Shown piece after piece: positions 50,548 to 60,599 of a DNA stretch of 64,000 nucleotides; the first letter of the stretch is position 1, and every line of letters begins with the position of its first letter. Position numbers and translations under genes: made by a program. The stretch comes from a virus: positions 1 to 64,000 of the IMG/VR virus record IMGVR_UViG_3300043313_002348. The stretch is one strand, 5' to 3'. The notes beneath the pieces were generated by a model. The model was not told the DNA's origin. It was given only the letters and a program-made list of their open reading frames with translations, and did no database searches.

Positions 50548-51123
50548 ATGACCACCACCACCCAGCACGTGGCACCCACCGAGAAGCAGCTTAACTTCCT
50601 CTACGCGCTCGCGGGTGACCGCGTCGCGACGTCGCTGGGTACCTGTGGCGAGGAGCGGATCGAGAACGTCGGCGTGTGGGTCGAGAACACCTCTCCCTCC
50701 CACTCCGAGGTCTCCCACCGCATCGACTGGCTTCGCCGGCAACCGAAGGACACCGCGAGTGTCGACGCCCAACCGGCCCACACCTCGAGCGACACCGTCG
50801 CGGTCACCACCCCGGGTGTGTTCGAACTCGACGGCGAGGTCTACGTCGTTAAGCCCAACCAGGCCAAGACTCGGCTGTACGCGAAGCGCGTCGTGGAGAT
50901 CACCGGTGACCGGCTGACCGAGGCCGACACCGTCGTCAAGATCGAGTTGGAGTACGCACCCGGCGTGATCTACAAGCTGACCGAGGCCCACCGCATGCCG
51001 CTGGCGCGCGCGGAGGAACTGACCGCGCGCTACAAGAAGTGCATCGTCTGCGGACGCGGGCTGAAGGCTGCCACGTCAGTCAAGCAGGGCATCGGCCCGG
51101 TCTGCGTCAAGTACTTCCGCTGA
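50548..51123 (+). CDS. DUF6011-like zinc-finger protein
   Basis: PTEKQ N-terminus; CIVCGRGL...S...GIGPVC. Confidence 0.7.
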   Translation: MTTTTQHVAPTEKQLNFLYALAGDRVATSLGTCGEERIENVGVWVENTSPSHSEVSHRIDWLRRQPKDTASVDAQPAHTSSDTVAVTTPGVFELDGEVYVVKPNQAKTRLYAKRVVEITGDRLTEADTVVKIELEYAPGVIYKLTEAHRMPLARAEELTARYKKCIVCGRGLKAATSVKQGIGPVCVKYFR

Positions 51124-51215
51124 CCGAGAGAATCTTGAGAGAACCTGGGTCTGCGTGTAGCCGCGGACCTAGGTTCTTGCTAGAATCGTAGTAACAGGAA
51201 CGAGGAGGACCTCAG

Positions 51216-52124
51216 ATGAGGCTTAAGTATCGCAGGCAGGGTGAGGGTAGTTTCGCCGCGTACTTCGCGTACGACGAGACCCGCCAGTACGCGATCGTTC
51301 GTCACGATGCGCGACGCAGCAACGCTGGGTGGACCCTGCGGATCCGCACGTCGGTCGAGACCTGCGGTGTGAAACACGCGATCGACCAACCGACCCTTCA
51401 CACATATATAACTCGGACACGCGCTGACGCGCGTGACGTCGCGCAGCGCTACCACGACCTCGGCGACGACTACCAGCCGAGTGAGCACGGCTACGCGAGC
51501 CGGTTCACGTTCGCGGTGCAAGCACACGACACCGCCACTACCGCGAAGCTTCGCGCCGAGGTCGACGCGCTCCGCGCCGAGGTCAACTCCAACAGGTCGT
51601 GACCACCACGACGTGGAAACCCGTTGCGGGTGTAGGCCATACGTGATATAGTGAACGTAGCAGGAACGAAGTGAAGCAAAATTCCAGGAGGAACGATGAC
51701 ACACGACTTTAAGATCAACGACACCGTCCGCATCCTCGACTCGCACACACGAACCCCGGACACCGGCAGGTTCACCGGCGTCGCGACCGTCGTGAAGGTC
51801 AACGCCGTGAACCTCAAGATCAACCTGAACGGCGTACTCGTCACCGTTTCTCCGGAACTCTTGATCCACGTGGACGAGCAGCCGGTGAACGTCGACGACA
51901 TGATCACCGTCGCGGACGTCGGCAAGCTCGCGTACGTGCGAGGAGGCAGTGGGTCGAAGTGGACCTACGGACCCAACACGCTGTTCGTGATCATGAACGT
52001 TCACGACCGCATAAAGGTCGTGAAGCTGGGTGGCGACGGTGGCCGGACGTGGACCGTTCCGCGGCATCACGTGACGGTCGCGCCGCTGGAGTCCTTGAAC
52101 ATCGCGGTGAGTCGGAACGCCTAA
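51216..52124 (+). CDS. Two hypothetical genes (51216-51602, 51696-52124), each with its own promoter
   Basis: GGAGG RBS plus leader motif before each. Confidence 0.6.
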
Positions 52125-52177
52125 ATCTGAACTCATTCCTAAGATCCACTACGCACCCTCGAGAGGAGGGACGGTTC

Positions 52178-52528
52178 ATGACGAGTGTACACAACCCGGT
52201 CCGCGAACGTGCCTACACCCACCCGTATAACTGGCGTCACCGCGCACGCTGCCGCGACGAGCGCTATGGGGGTGAGGGAGTTGACCCTGAGCTGTTCTTC
52301 CCCGTGAGCTACGAGGGTGCGTGGGCCGAGGCGCGGGTGGCGGAGGCCAAGGCGTTCTGCCGTGGGTGTCCCGTGATCGCCGACTGCCTGCGGTGGGCGA
52401 TCGTTACTGGGCAGGACGAGGGCGTGTGGGGTGTGACGACCCCGGACGAGCGGCGCGCGCTGCGCGTCGCGCCTCGAGATCGACGTCGGCCTCGCGAGCG
52501 GTTCGTTGATCCTGACAACCCACCATAG
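52178..52528 (+). CDS. WhiB-family transcription factor
   Basis: W..RARC, DPELFFP, AKAFC.GCPV..DCL and GVWG. Confidence 0.9.
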   Translation: MTSVHNPVRERAYTHPYNWRHRARCRDERYGGEGVDPELFFPVSYEGAWAEARVAEAKAFCRGCPVIADCLRWAIVTGQDEGVWGVTTPDERRALRVAPRDRRRPRERFVDPDNPP

Positions 52529-52723
52529 ATCCACGACCCACGTACGACATCCGTACGTGGGTCGTCGGGTCTTCGTGGTACGTTGGCTACGACACATCGC
52601 GAACTCTCCGTGGCGGAGGTCTCAGGATCACGAAGTTTCCCAAGATTCTTCGGTAAACCTGTTGCTCGGTGTCGTGATATGAGATAGTATGGTCTAACTA
52701 GGAACGAAACGAGGAGGAAGACG

Positions 52724-53119
52724 ATGCAGGTTGACTTGTCACCCGAGGCGATCTATCAGATCTCCACCGCTCTGGTGAACCGCGGCGACCACCGCAACCT
52801 GAAGTCCGAGTGGGCCGACACGGCGACGCGGTTCATCGAGCTTGAGAAGTTGACGCGCGACGCGCGCCTCGGCACCACGGACAACCTCACGATCTACGTG
52901 GTGGCGCGCGACACGACGGTCGACGGTCAAGTGATCTACGACAGCTACCTCGGCTACGTCTGCACCGCGCACAACGAGGACGAGGCACGTAAGTTGGGTC
53001 TCGACCTCGACGGTGACCAAAGGCCTGACGTCTGGCTCCGCGACACCACGTCGGTGAAGGCGATCGGCTTCGGCGCCGGTCCCGTTCGGATCATCCGCAC
53101 CGACGGTAACTTCTCATAA
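52724..53119 (+). CDS. Hypothetical protein
   Basis: Promoter at 52662 and GGAGG RBS. Confidence 0.6.
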   Translation: MQVDLSPEAIYQISTALVNRGDHRNLKSEWADTATRFIELEKLTRDARLGTTDNLTIYVVARDTTVDGQVIYDSYLGYVCTAHNEDEARKLGLDLDGDQRPDVWLRDTTSVKAIGFGAGPVRIIRTDGNFS

Positions 53120-53158
53120 CGAGAAGATCCGTAATGTATCACCCATGACAACCGAAAG

Positions 53159-53677
53159 GTGACTGTGATCACATCCAGAACACGCCGATTCTTACTACTG
53201 CTGACGGCCCTACTCGCGTTGTTACTGCCGACTGGCTTGAGCCACGTCGCCATCGCGGCGCCGGCTCCGCACTCCGTCGCCAACATCGTGGAAACCACCG
53301 TGCACAGGTGCGACGCGACTGGCGGCCACTGCGCCCGCATGCACATCGTGGTCCAGGTTCAGGACGGCGCGCAGATGCGCACCGTGGCGTTCGTCGCGTG
53401 TTACGGCGCGACTGGCGACTTCCCCTGCGCCCACGTCGGTGGTAACGCGTGGCTGAACTGCACCACGCTGAACGGTACCGACTGCTCCACCAACGGCGCG
53501 CCGGCCAGTTGCACCGGGAACTGCCCGCTGAGCTTCGGCATGCTGACCGGTTGGTACCGGCTGCCGGTGTCCAGTCAGCGGTACTCCGGCGCAGCGTCGA
53601 TCGTGTTCACCACGGGCGCGGCCGGCGGTGGCTCGAACTGGGGGCTTGCTGGTGTCACCCGGACGTTCGGGTTCTAA
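53159..53677 (+). CDS. Secreted Cys-rich protein (paralogue of 47302-47853)
   Basis: Signal peptide ending AIAA; RCDATGGHCARMH. Confidence 0.72.
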   Translation: MTVITSRTRRFLLLLTALLALLLPTGLSHVAIAAPAPHSVANIVETTVHRCDATGGHCARMHIVVQVQDGAQMRTVAFVACYGATGDFPCAHVGGNAWLNCTTLNGTDCSTNGAPASCTGNCPLSFGMLTGWYRLPVSSQRYSGAASIVFTTGAAGGGSNWGLAGVTRTFGF

Positions 53678-53888
53678 CGTCTGACCAAGAAAAAAAAATC
53701 ATGAGAGTATGAGACCCGGTTGGTTGACCGGGTCTCATACTTATGCTACGATGAGAACTACCAGGAACGAGGGAGAACACGATGATCGTCTACGAAGATC
53801 AGCGCGGTGAAACCGAGCCCTGCGAGGCTGGCACCATCGGTTGCTGCGTTAACCACGTCAAGAGCCCGACCGGTACGTCGTGTGAGAC

Positions 53889-56088
53889 ATGGTGATAGTG
53901 ATGATCAGGGTTGTGAGTGGTAACTTCACCGAAACACAACTGATCAACATCACCGAGTTGGCCACCGACGGTCACGTTAAGCGGGGGAAGAATCACTTCT
54001 ACCTGACACCCGACGGTAACCTATCGTGGGTTACGGACCGACGGTACCGCGAGGGAGACTACGACCACCCACGGGTACTCAACGGTAACGTCAAGCTCGG
54101 TGTTGTGAGGGTGAAGTGACGATCAGCGAGCACTGCGCGCGCGGCCTACACGGGTTCTGCCGAGGTGATCACACGACGTGCTCCTGCGGGGAGTGTCACT
54201 TCGTCTGCGCGCGCTGCGCACAGCCGTGTCGGACGTTGAACGGACCTGACCACGACATCTGCGCACCGTGTGCGCGTCGGGACGCCCAGGCGTCGGGTGT
54301 CGCGCGCCGCGCGTCACAGGCTTGTGACCACTGTGGTGCCGGCGGAGCCATCCGAGACCCACGTACGCGGAAGAACGTTTACCTGTGCAGTGGCTGTCAC
54401 GCCGGCGACCTATCGAGGCTTCCGGGTGTCGCGGTGGACCTCAACGCGGCGTGCGCAGGGCACGACGTCAGCGATCCCTTGCATGCCTGGTACCAGGTTA
54501 AGGGTCGTAAGCACATCTGTAGTCGTTGCACGATGACGTGGTACGTGGACTCACGTGAGGTTGCGGCGCGCACAGGATCCTGATATAGTGAACGTAGGAA
54601 CAAACGACGAGGAGGACGAAGTTGATGATCACCGTAGGTGACGTCACGTGGACCACTGAACTGGACCCGCAGAGCGCGGCCGCGCTGTCGACCCGACACG
54701 TCGCCGTGGAGCTGCAGGAGCATGAGTCGAGCCAGGGTGGGTGGCCGACCCTCAAGCTGATCGGCGGTACGCGCGACGATGTGCGTGCGTGGTTGCTCAC
54801 GAACTGGGACAACGACGAAGAGACCGTGGATCACGTGCTCGAGGGTGCCACACCTACGCCCGATGTGCGGATTCTCACCCAGTAGAGCGGTAGTTACGTC
54901 TGAAGTCCGAGGGTAGTTACGTCTGAAGTCCGAGGTCGTGGACCTCGGGCTTTCGACGTACGAGAACACGTCTGACCTCCTCCCGGAACACACGACGTCG
55001 TGACCTGGTCGTACGCGTCACAGCATCCGCGTGAGATGTCGAGGGAGGCGCTCAGAGTCACAAGATTTTTCCATCAACCCGTTGCGTCAACATCCTACTT
55101 AGGATAGTATGGTCTCAACAGGAACGAACGAGGCGAAGGACGAGACGATGACCAACACCGGCGTTCTGCACGAGGTCGAGGTTCACGACCGCATCGCGAC
55201 CATACGGCACCTGCACCCCGAGTCCGGGATCGAGATCGGTCGCGACGAAACGATCCTGGACACCACTGCCGGCGCGTGCCCGCTGTGGCTGCAGGTGGCG
55301 ACGTGGTTGCAGACCTTCGACCTGTGCCTGGTACTCCCGGACGAGGTCTTTCCGCGGCTGACTGCGGGGAACACCTGGACCGCCGAGGCTCGCGAGCTTC
55401 GGTAAGGTAGTGTGCACACGTAAGACAAGATCCACCATCAGGAACCGTAGGAGGAAGCAGTGAATCACGTAACCGATCTCACGGACGAGCAGCTTCAGCA
55501 GCGCTACGTCCCGGCCGCGTTCTTGCCCGCCGACCGACGCGCACGCCAGCGTCTCGCGGCGCGCAACGCCCAGGTCACTGCCGAGCTGCGACGTCGCGGC
55601 TACGTCCCTGTGGGGGTGTGACGTGGCGCAGAGCTCCAGCCAGCCGGCACCTGGGCACCCAGGTAACTGCGCCTGCAACGGTACCGGCCTCGTGATCGCG
55701 GGAACGCGCTACGAGCCGCAGCCCAACACCACTACTCCCGGCGTGCGTCGCGTGCGTCGGACCTGCAACCGAGAAGGAAGCTGACGTGGCTGACAGCTTG
55801 GAACCCACCCCGTTGGTCCTAGGTCACTCTGTCGTGAACATCGTGTTCGCTCGCGTGCTGCTGGCCGTCGCGACGCCCATCGCATCCGACGCGGAGCTGA
55901 CACCCGCGGAGCGTATCCACGTGGAGATCGAGAACGAACTCCGGTGGTTGAGCCGCTACAACCCTGACCTTCACGACCTGGTCGCGAACCCACTGCGTAA
56001 CGTCAAGTCACTTGTCAGCCGGGAGCAGCAAGACCCGTTACGGGACTCGATGTGTGAATCTAAGCATCGTTCCATCGCAGAAGACTAA
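53889..56088 (+). CDS. Small genes including a Cys-rich multi-zinc-finger protein (54116-54583) and hypotheticals (53889-54119, 54622-54885, ~55148-55405, 55786-56088)
   Basis: Multiple CxxC in 54116-54583; RBS/promoter context for the others. Confidence 0.5.
54889..54960 (+). repeat. 23-bp tandem duplication overlapping a hairpin
   Basis: GGTAGTTACGTCTGAAGTCCGAG x2 (54889-54934); the second copy pairs with GACCTCGGGCTTTCGACGTA. Confidence 0.8.
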
Positions 56089-56387
56089 GAAGGAGGACGA
56101 CGATGGTAAGTCGAAGAACTACGCTGGCTCGCGCGGCGTACCAGGCTGCGCAGCGTCAGGCGGACCAGGCGCGGACGCCGGCGCAGGTCCGGAAAGCTAA
56201 CCGGGCGATCGTGACCGCGGCCGCGCAGCTTCCAGGCCGCGACTTCCTGTGGCGCCCGTTACGGCGTCGGTAGCATCGAAGTGACAGAGAAGGGGTGATC
56301 ACGAAAGTGGTCACCCCCTTCCGTTGACGTCGTGTCATATCTATGCTATGATGGTACCATCAGGAACGAACGACCGAGGAGGATCCG

Positions 56388-56804
56388 GTGACGGCTTTCA
56401 CGCTGAACCCGAAGGTACTCGACAAGATCCGCAACGCCCCGGTCCCCACGGTCGAGCAGGTACGCGCCGCGCGCGTCGCCGTCGCCAACTCCCCGCGTCA
56501 CGGTGGTGACCGGCGCGGAAGCTCGACCAGCCGCCGCCGGCGCACCGAGAAGCTCCTTCACGAGTTTGGCGACGGGACCACCTGCCCGTGCTCATACTGC
56601 CACGTCGCGCTCACCGCGGAGACGCTGACCCAGGACAAGATCTACACGACGAACGAAGGTGGCGGGTACCGCTACGAGAACCTCATCCCGGCGTGCATGG
56701 ACTGCAACCGCCGACGTCTCGACACCGCCATCTGGGAGATCGTCTCCGAGGTCGTCGTGGCCGCCGAGGCGATCACCGTCGAGGCGATCACCGTTGCGGC
56801 GTAG
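56388..56804 (+). CDS. HNH-endonuclease-like protein
   Basis: CSYC...LTQDK...GG.Y.YENLIPACMDCN. Confidence 0.72.
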   Translation: MTAFTLNPKVLDKIRNAPVPTVEQVRAARVAVANSPRHGGDRRGSSTSRRRRTEKLLHEFGDGTTCPCSYCHVALTAETLTQDKIYTTNEGGGYRYENLIPACMDCNRRRLDTAIWEIVSEVVVAAEAITVEAITVAA

Positions 56805-56865
56805 ACGTCGTCACCCAAACTTGATATGATGATACCGATCAGGAACACATGAAGTGAGGAGGAAC

Positions 56866-57333
56866 GTGCGAATGTTCGAGGTGAAGAACGCGGCGGGAGT
56901 CGTCGTCCGGAGTCTGGCCACCGGAAACGTGCTGCTGGTCAGAAACCGACGCCGAGGTGTCTGGGAGTACCCAGGTGGTCTGGTGCACGTCGGGGAGACG
57001 CCGAGGTGGTGTGCTATGCGTGAGCTTCGCGAGGAGACCGGACTTCAACTTCGGATCAAGTGGATACTCGGAGTTGACCGAGGCCAGCGACACCTCTACC
57101 TGTGGCCACTGAACTACCAGACGTACGCGGCGTGGGTTCCGGACGAGCTTGCTTGCGCGATCACGTTGAGCGCTGAACACTCGGCGTTCCGCTGGTTTAC
57201 CGTCGAGGAGGCGCGTACCCACCCACTGGTGTGGGAGCGTGTGAGGGAGCGATTCGTCACGTACCTGAACGACGATCACTGGCCTACGGTGGGTGGCTGG
57301 AGAACTCCCAGTCCCGCGCGAGGTGAGGACTGA
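56866..57333 (+). CDS. Nudix hydrolase
   Basis: PGGLVHVGETPRWCAMRELREETG Nudix box. Confidence 0.88.
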   Translation: MRMFEVKNAAGVVVRSLATGNVLLVRNRRRGVWEYPGGLVHVGETPRWCAMRELREETGLQLRIKWILGVDRGQRHLYLWPLNYQTYAAWVPDELACAITLSAEHSAFRWFTVEEARTHPLVWERVRERFVTYLNDDHWPTVGGWRTPSPARGED

Positions 57334-57899
57334 TGTCAAGACGGGGTGCTAGTGTAACACTTCTCGTGGCGCTGACCGTACTCTTCACGTCCGCGGCGAA
57401 GGGATGTGAAAAGCCTAGGGACACGCAACCGAAGAAGTCCAGCGTGGTATGCCACTCGACGTCAAGTGTCAAGTGTTGGCCGACCTTGACGGTCTACGTC
57501 GACGACCGGACGGGTGACGCGTGGCCAGTCCGCGAGCAGGTGCAGAAGTGGGATCGATTGCTGAAACTTCACTTCCTGTACGGCCCGTGTCACCGTGGTG
57601 CTGGCTGCGTGAAGGTTGTCGAGCGCAAGATGGGCGACACGGGAGTTGGCGCTACCACAACCTACGCGTGCGGTAGCTGTGGAATCATCGACGACACCGT
57701 CGTGGTCGCCGTCAACACGACGTACGGCGACTCACCGGCGGAAGTGAGGAAGCGGACCATCTGTCACGAACTCGGTCACGCCGCCGGGAAAACTGCCCAC
57801 AACGCGGCCACGTGTATGGAACCGGACGTTTCGATCCCTAACGGATCACCGAATCCGTCATCCAAGGACGCCGCCGTGATCAACGCGGTGTACGCGTAA
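57333..57899 (+). CDS. Putative lipoprotein zinc metalloprotease (metzincin-like)
   Basis: Signal peptide ending AKGC; HELGHAAGKTAH and Met-turn CM. Confidence 0.7.
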   Translation: MSRRGASVTLLVALTVLFTSAAKGCEKPRDTQPKKSSVVCHSTSSVKCWPTLTVYVDDRTGDAWPVREQVQKWDRLLKLHFLYGPCHRGAGCVKVVERKMGDTGVGATTTYACGSCGIIDDTVVVAVNTTYGDSPAEVRKRTICHELGHAAGKTAHNAATCMEPDVSIPNGSPNPSSKDAAVINAVYA

Positions 57900-58232
57900 G
57901 GTAAGAAAGATGTGAAGATGGTCAAAAGGACGAAGAAGGTGATCGTCACCGTGACCCGCCAGGACGGCAAGCAGACCATAAGCGTCGTCGACGACAAGAC
58001 CGCCCGTCACCTCGAGAACCAGTGCCTGAGCGGACACGGCGACATCGCGATCGTGAACGTCGAACCCGCCAAGTAGGCGGGTTTGACAAAGTCTTCTCAT
58101 TATGCTATGATGGTACCATCAGGAACGAACGGCGCGAGGAACGGAGATCGAGGAAGATGATCCGCCAGCCACGCCCACAGCGTAGGTTGTGCCGTTCTAC
58201 GGGAACACACGTTTCAAGGAGGAAAGAGAACC

Positions 58233-59369
58233 GTGACTGAAACCACCACTCCCACTGAGCTGCCCACGCGCACGTTCACGAGCCGGCAGGCCCCGTGGAT
58301 GACCGTCGGCCACGTCATCGACGAGCCGGACGTGGACTCCCAGACCGCCGCTCGCCTGGGTGGTCTGGACTTCGACGTGAAGTTGTACCCGGCCGGGTTC
58401 CGGGTCGGCGACGCCCTCGACGCGGAGACCGGTGAACTTCCCGGCGTTCTACCGCAAGGTGAGATCGCCAAGCTGGCCGACGAGGTCGGGAAGGCTCCGA
58501 ACGCGGAGGCCATGCGTAAGTTCGGTCGCCGGGTGCCCGAGCTGCTGGCGCACATCGCCGCGCTGTCCGGTCACACCGCGACCGACGCGAGGTGGGTGGC
58601 GTTTCACGGCCGCAACGCCGTGGTGAACGAGACGACCCAGATGCCGTACGACGTGGTGTCCGGTGACTACGTGCCCGTGCAGTTCAGCGAGGCGTTCACG
58701 TTCATGGACGCGGTCAACCCGCGCTACGTCGCGGCCGGCACTCTTAAGGGTGGGCGGCAGGGATTCATGGTCGCGCAGCTCTCGGAGCTGACCTCGCTCC
58801 AGCTCGACGGCCTCGGTCCCGACGGCGACTCCGACCCGCATGACATGTTCGCCGTCCTGCGAACGAGTCACGACCGGTCGCGTGGTCTCGAGGTGGCGCT
58901 CATGGGCCTGCGACAGCGCTGCATGAACTCGCTGGGTCTCCGCTCGTTCACGCGCGGCGCGCCGCAGCGGTGGTCGATCCGGCACGTCGGCGACGTGGCC
59001 TCGAAGCTGCAGGCCGCCCAGCAGGTCATCACCAATATGACCAACTACGCCGCCGAGTACGAGCGTATGGCGCGTCGGCTCGCGGAGACCGAGGTCCTCC
59101 TCAGCGACGCGGAGGAGATCCTGACTCACGCGCTCGAGGACCGACCGACCCGGGAGACGACCGTGAACTCCATCATCTCCGCGTGGAACTTGAGCCCGTA
59201 CGTGGGCTTCAAGAACACCGGCTGGGGGCTCACGCAGGCTGTGTCCGAGTACTTCGAGTGGGGGCGTGACACGAACGTCCGCACGGACCAGTCGCGATTC
59301 CTCGGGGTGCTGGAGGGATCGACCGCGAAGGCCGTGAACCGGGTGGCGCAACTGGTGATGACGCGCTAA
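58233..59369 (+). CDS. DUF932-family phage/plasmid protein
   Basis: GGLDF.V, Y.PVQ..EAF, AG.LKGGR, TSHD.S, RC.N and TGWG..QAVSEY. Confidence 0.8.
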   Translation: MTETTTPTELPTRTFTSRQAPWMTVGHVIDEPDVDSQTAARLGGLDFDVKLYPAGFRVGDALDAETGELPGVLPQGEIAKLADEVGKAPNAEAMRKFGRRVPELLAHIAALSGHTATDARWVAFHGRNAVVNETTQMPYDVVSGDYVPVQFSEAFTFMDAVNPRYVAAGTLKGGRQGFMVAQLSELTSLQLDGLGPDGDSDPHDMFAVLRTSHDRSRGLEVALMGLRQRCMNSLGLRSFTRGAPQRWSIRHVGDVASKLQAAQQVITNMTNYAAEYERMARRLAETEVLLSDAEEILTHALEDRPTRETTVNSIISAWNLSPYVGFKNTGWGLTQAVSEYFEWGRDTNVRTDQSRFLGVLEGSTAKAVNRVAQLVMTR

Positions 59370-59380
59370 CGTCTGAACGT

Positions 59381-59424
59381 CGGACCTGACCCCTTTTCCC
59401 CCTCCGGAAAGGGGTCAGGTTCGA
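59381..59424 (+). terminator. Hairpin terminator after the DUF932 gene
   Basis: CGGACCTGACCCC / GGGGTCAGGTTCG inverted repeat. Confidence 0.6.
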
Positions 59425-59457
59425 CCCCGTTGGAGATCAAGTAGGAACGGAGATGAG

Positions 59458-59721
59458 ATGGACGAGTTCGACGAGCTGTTCAAGGTTGTGAACGTCAGCG
59501 CCGAAGATATCACGTTCGAGCGTGGTGGTGGCATCACCCGACGCTACCGCATCACACTCGAAGGTCAAGGAGGCCACGGGATCGGACTCACAGGTCTGAT
59601 CGTGTACACGTACGTCAACGCTGACAGCTTGAACTCGACCGTGCAGGGGCGGGCGTGTCAACACCTCCTGGAGGCGTACGCCGACGACGCCGCTACGTCG
59701 ACCAGCGGCGGTGCCAAGTGA
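59458..59721 (+). CDS. Hypothetical protein
   Basis: RBS and GTGA overlap with the next gene. Confidence 0.5.
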   Translation: MDEFDELFKVVNVSAEDITFERGGGITRRYRITLEGQGGHGIGLTGLIVYTYVNADSLNSTVQGRACQHLLEAYADDAATSTSGGAK

Positions 59722-60200
59722 TCTCCGCGGAGGAGGACGTGGAGACCTCCGAGACGGACGACAGAGATGATCCGGTCGCGTGGATGAGTCGTCCGGCTCC
59801 CTTCGGTCCGGCGTGTCGCGCCGCGCCCGCGGGTCTGTTCTTCACCCCAGACTACTTCTACGCCGACGAGGTAAAACCCGGTGAGCGTCCCGTGCGCGAC
59901 TCACGTGGTCATCTCATCGAGTACGACGAGGACGGCGAGCGGATCTACCCACTCCCCGAGGAGTCGGTGTTCTGCCGGGCGTGTCCGGTTCACACCGAGT
60001 GTCTCGCCTACGGGATCACGACCGACCAGCCGGGTGTGTGGGGTGGCATGACGCGGTACCAGCGTCGGCAGCTCGGTCGCCGCCGCACGCGCGTGTCGTG
60101 TCCATCTTGCGCGGGTAGGTTCATCGTCGTGGAAGGATCACACCAGCTCTGCCTCGCCTGCGGGGTGTCGTGGACGTACGTGAGAAGTGGTGTAAGATGA
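59718..60200 (+). CDS. WhiB-like protein with internal insertion and C-terminal zinc ribbon
   Basis: AC...LFF, FCRACPV..ECL, GVWGGMT..QR and CPSC...CLACG. Confidence 0.78.
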   Translation: MISAEEDVETSETDDRDDPVAWMSRPAPFGPACRAAPAGLFFTPDYFYADEVKPGERPVRDSRGHLIEYDEDGERIYPLPEESVFCRACPVHTECLAYGITTDQPGVWGGMTRYQRRQLGRRRTRVSCPSCAGRFIVVEGSHQLCLACGVSWTYVRSGVR

Positions 60201-60511
60201 CGAACATCCCGTCTCACACCGCGTCCGACGAGGAGAGGTGGATACTCGAGGTCACGTTCGACCCACCTAATGTGCAGGCACACGCCAATCCTGAACTTAC
60301 GTTTCCTTATGATGAGGTAAGTCGATTTGTGACGTACCTCTCCGAGTACTGGAGTCTTCTTCCCGAGGAACTCCAAGAGTTTGTGCGGTGGGATAACGTG
60401 AAGTTAACCGCGACGGCCGAACTGATCGACAACTTCGTCGAACCTCTTCGCTTTCTCATGATGCATATGGTGCCCCAGGAGTTCACTTTAAGGCGTGCTG
60501 GTGCACGTTAG
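60197..60511 (+). CDS. Hypothetical protein
   Basis: ATGA overlap with the upstream gene. Confidence 0.5.
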   Translation: MTNIPSHTASDEERWILEVTFDPPNVQAHANPELTFPYDEVSRFVTYLSEYWSLLPEELQEFVRWDNVKLTATAELIDNFVEPLRFLMMHMVPQEFTLRRAGAR

Positions 60512-60599
60512 GTAGTGAGTTAAGACACCGCGGGTGGCTCCCGCTACGATCGCGGTATAGGAGAGAAATCCGAAGGAACTAGGAAGGGAGAACGTTAAG

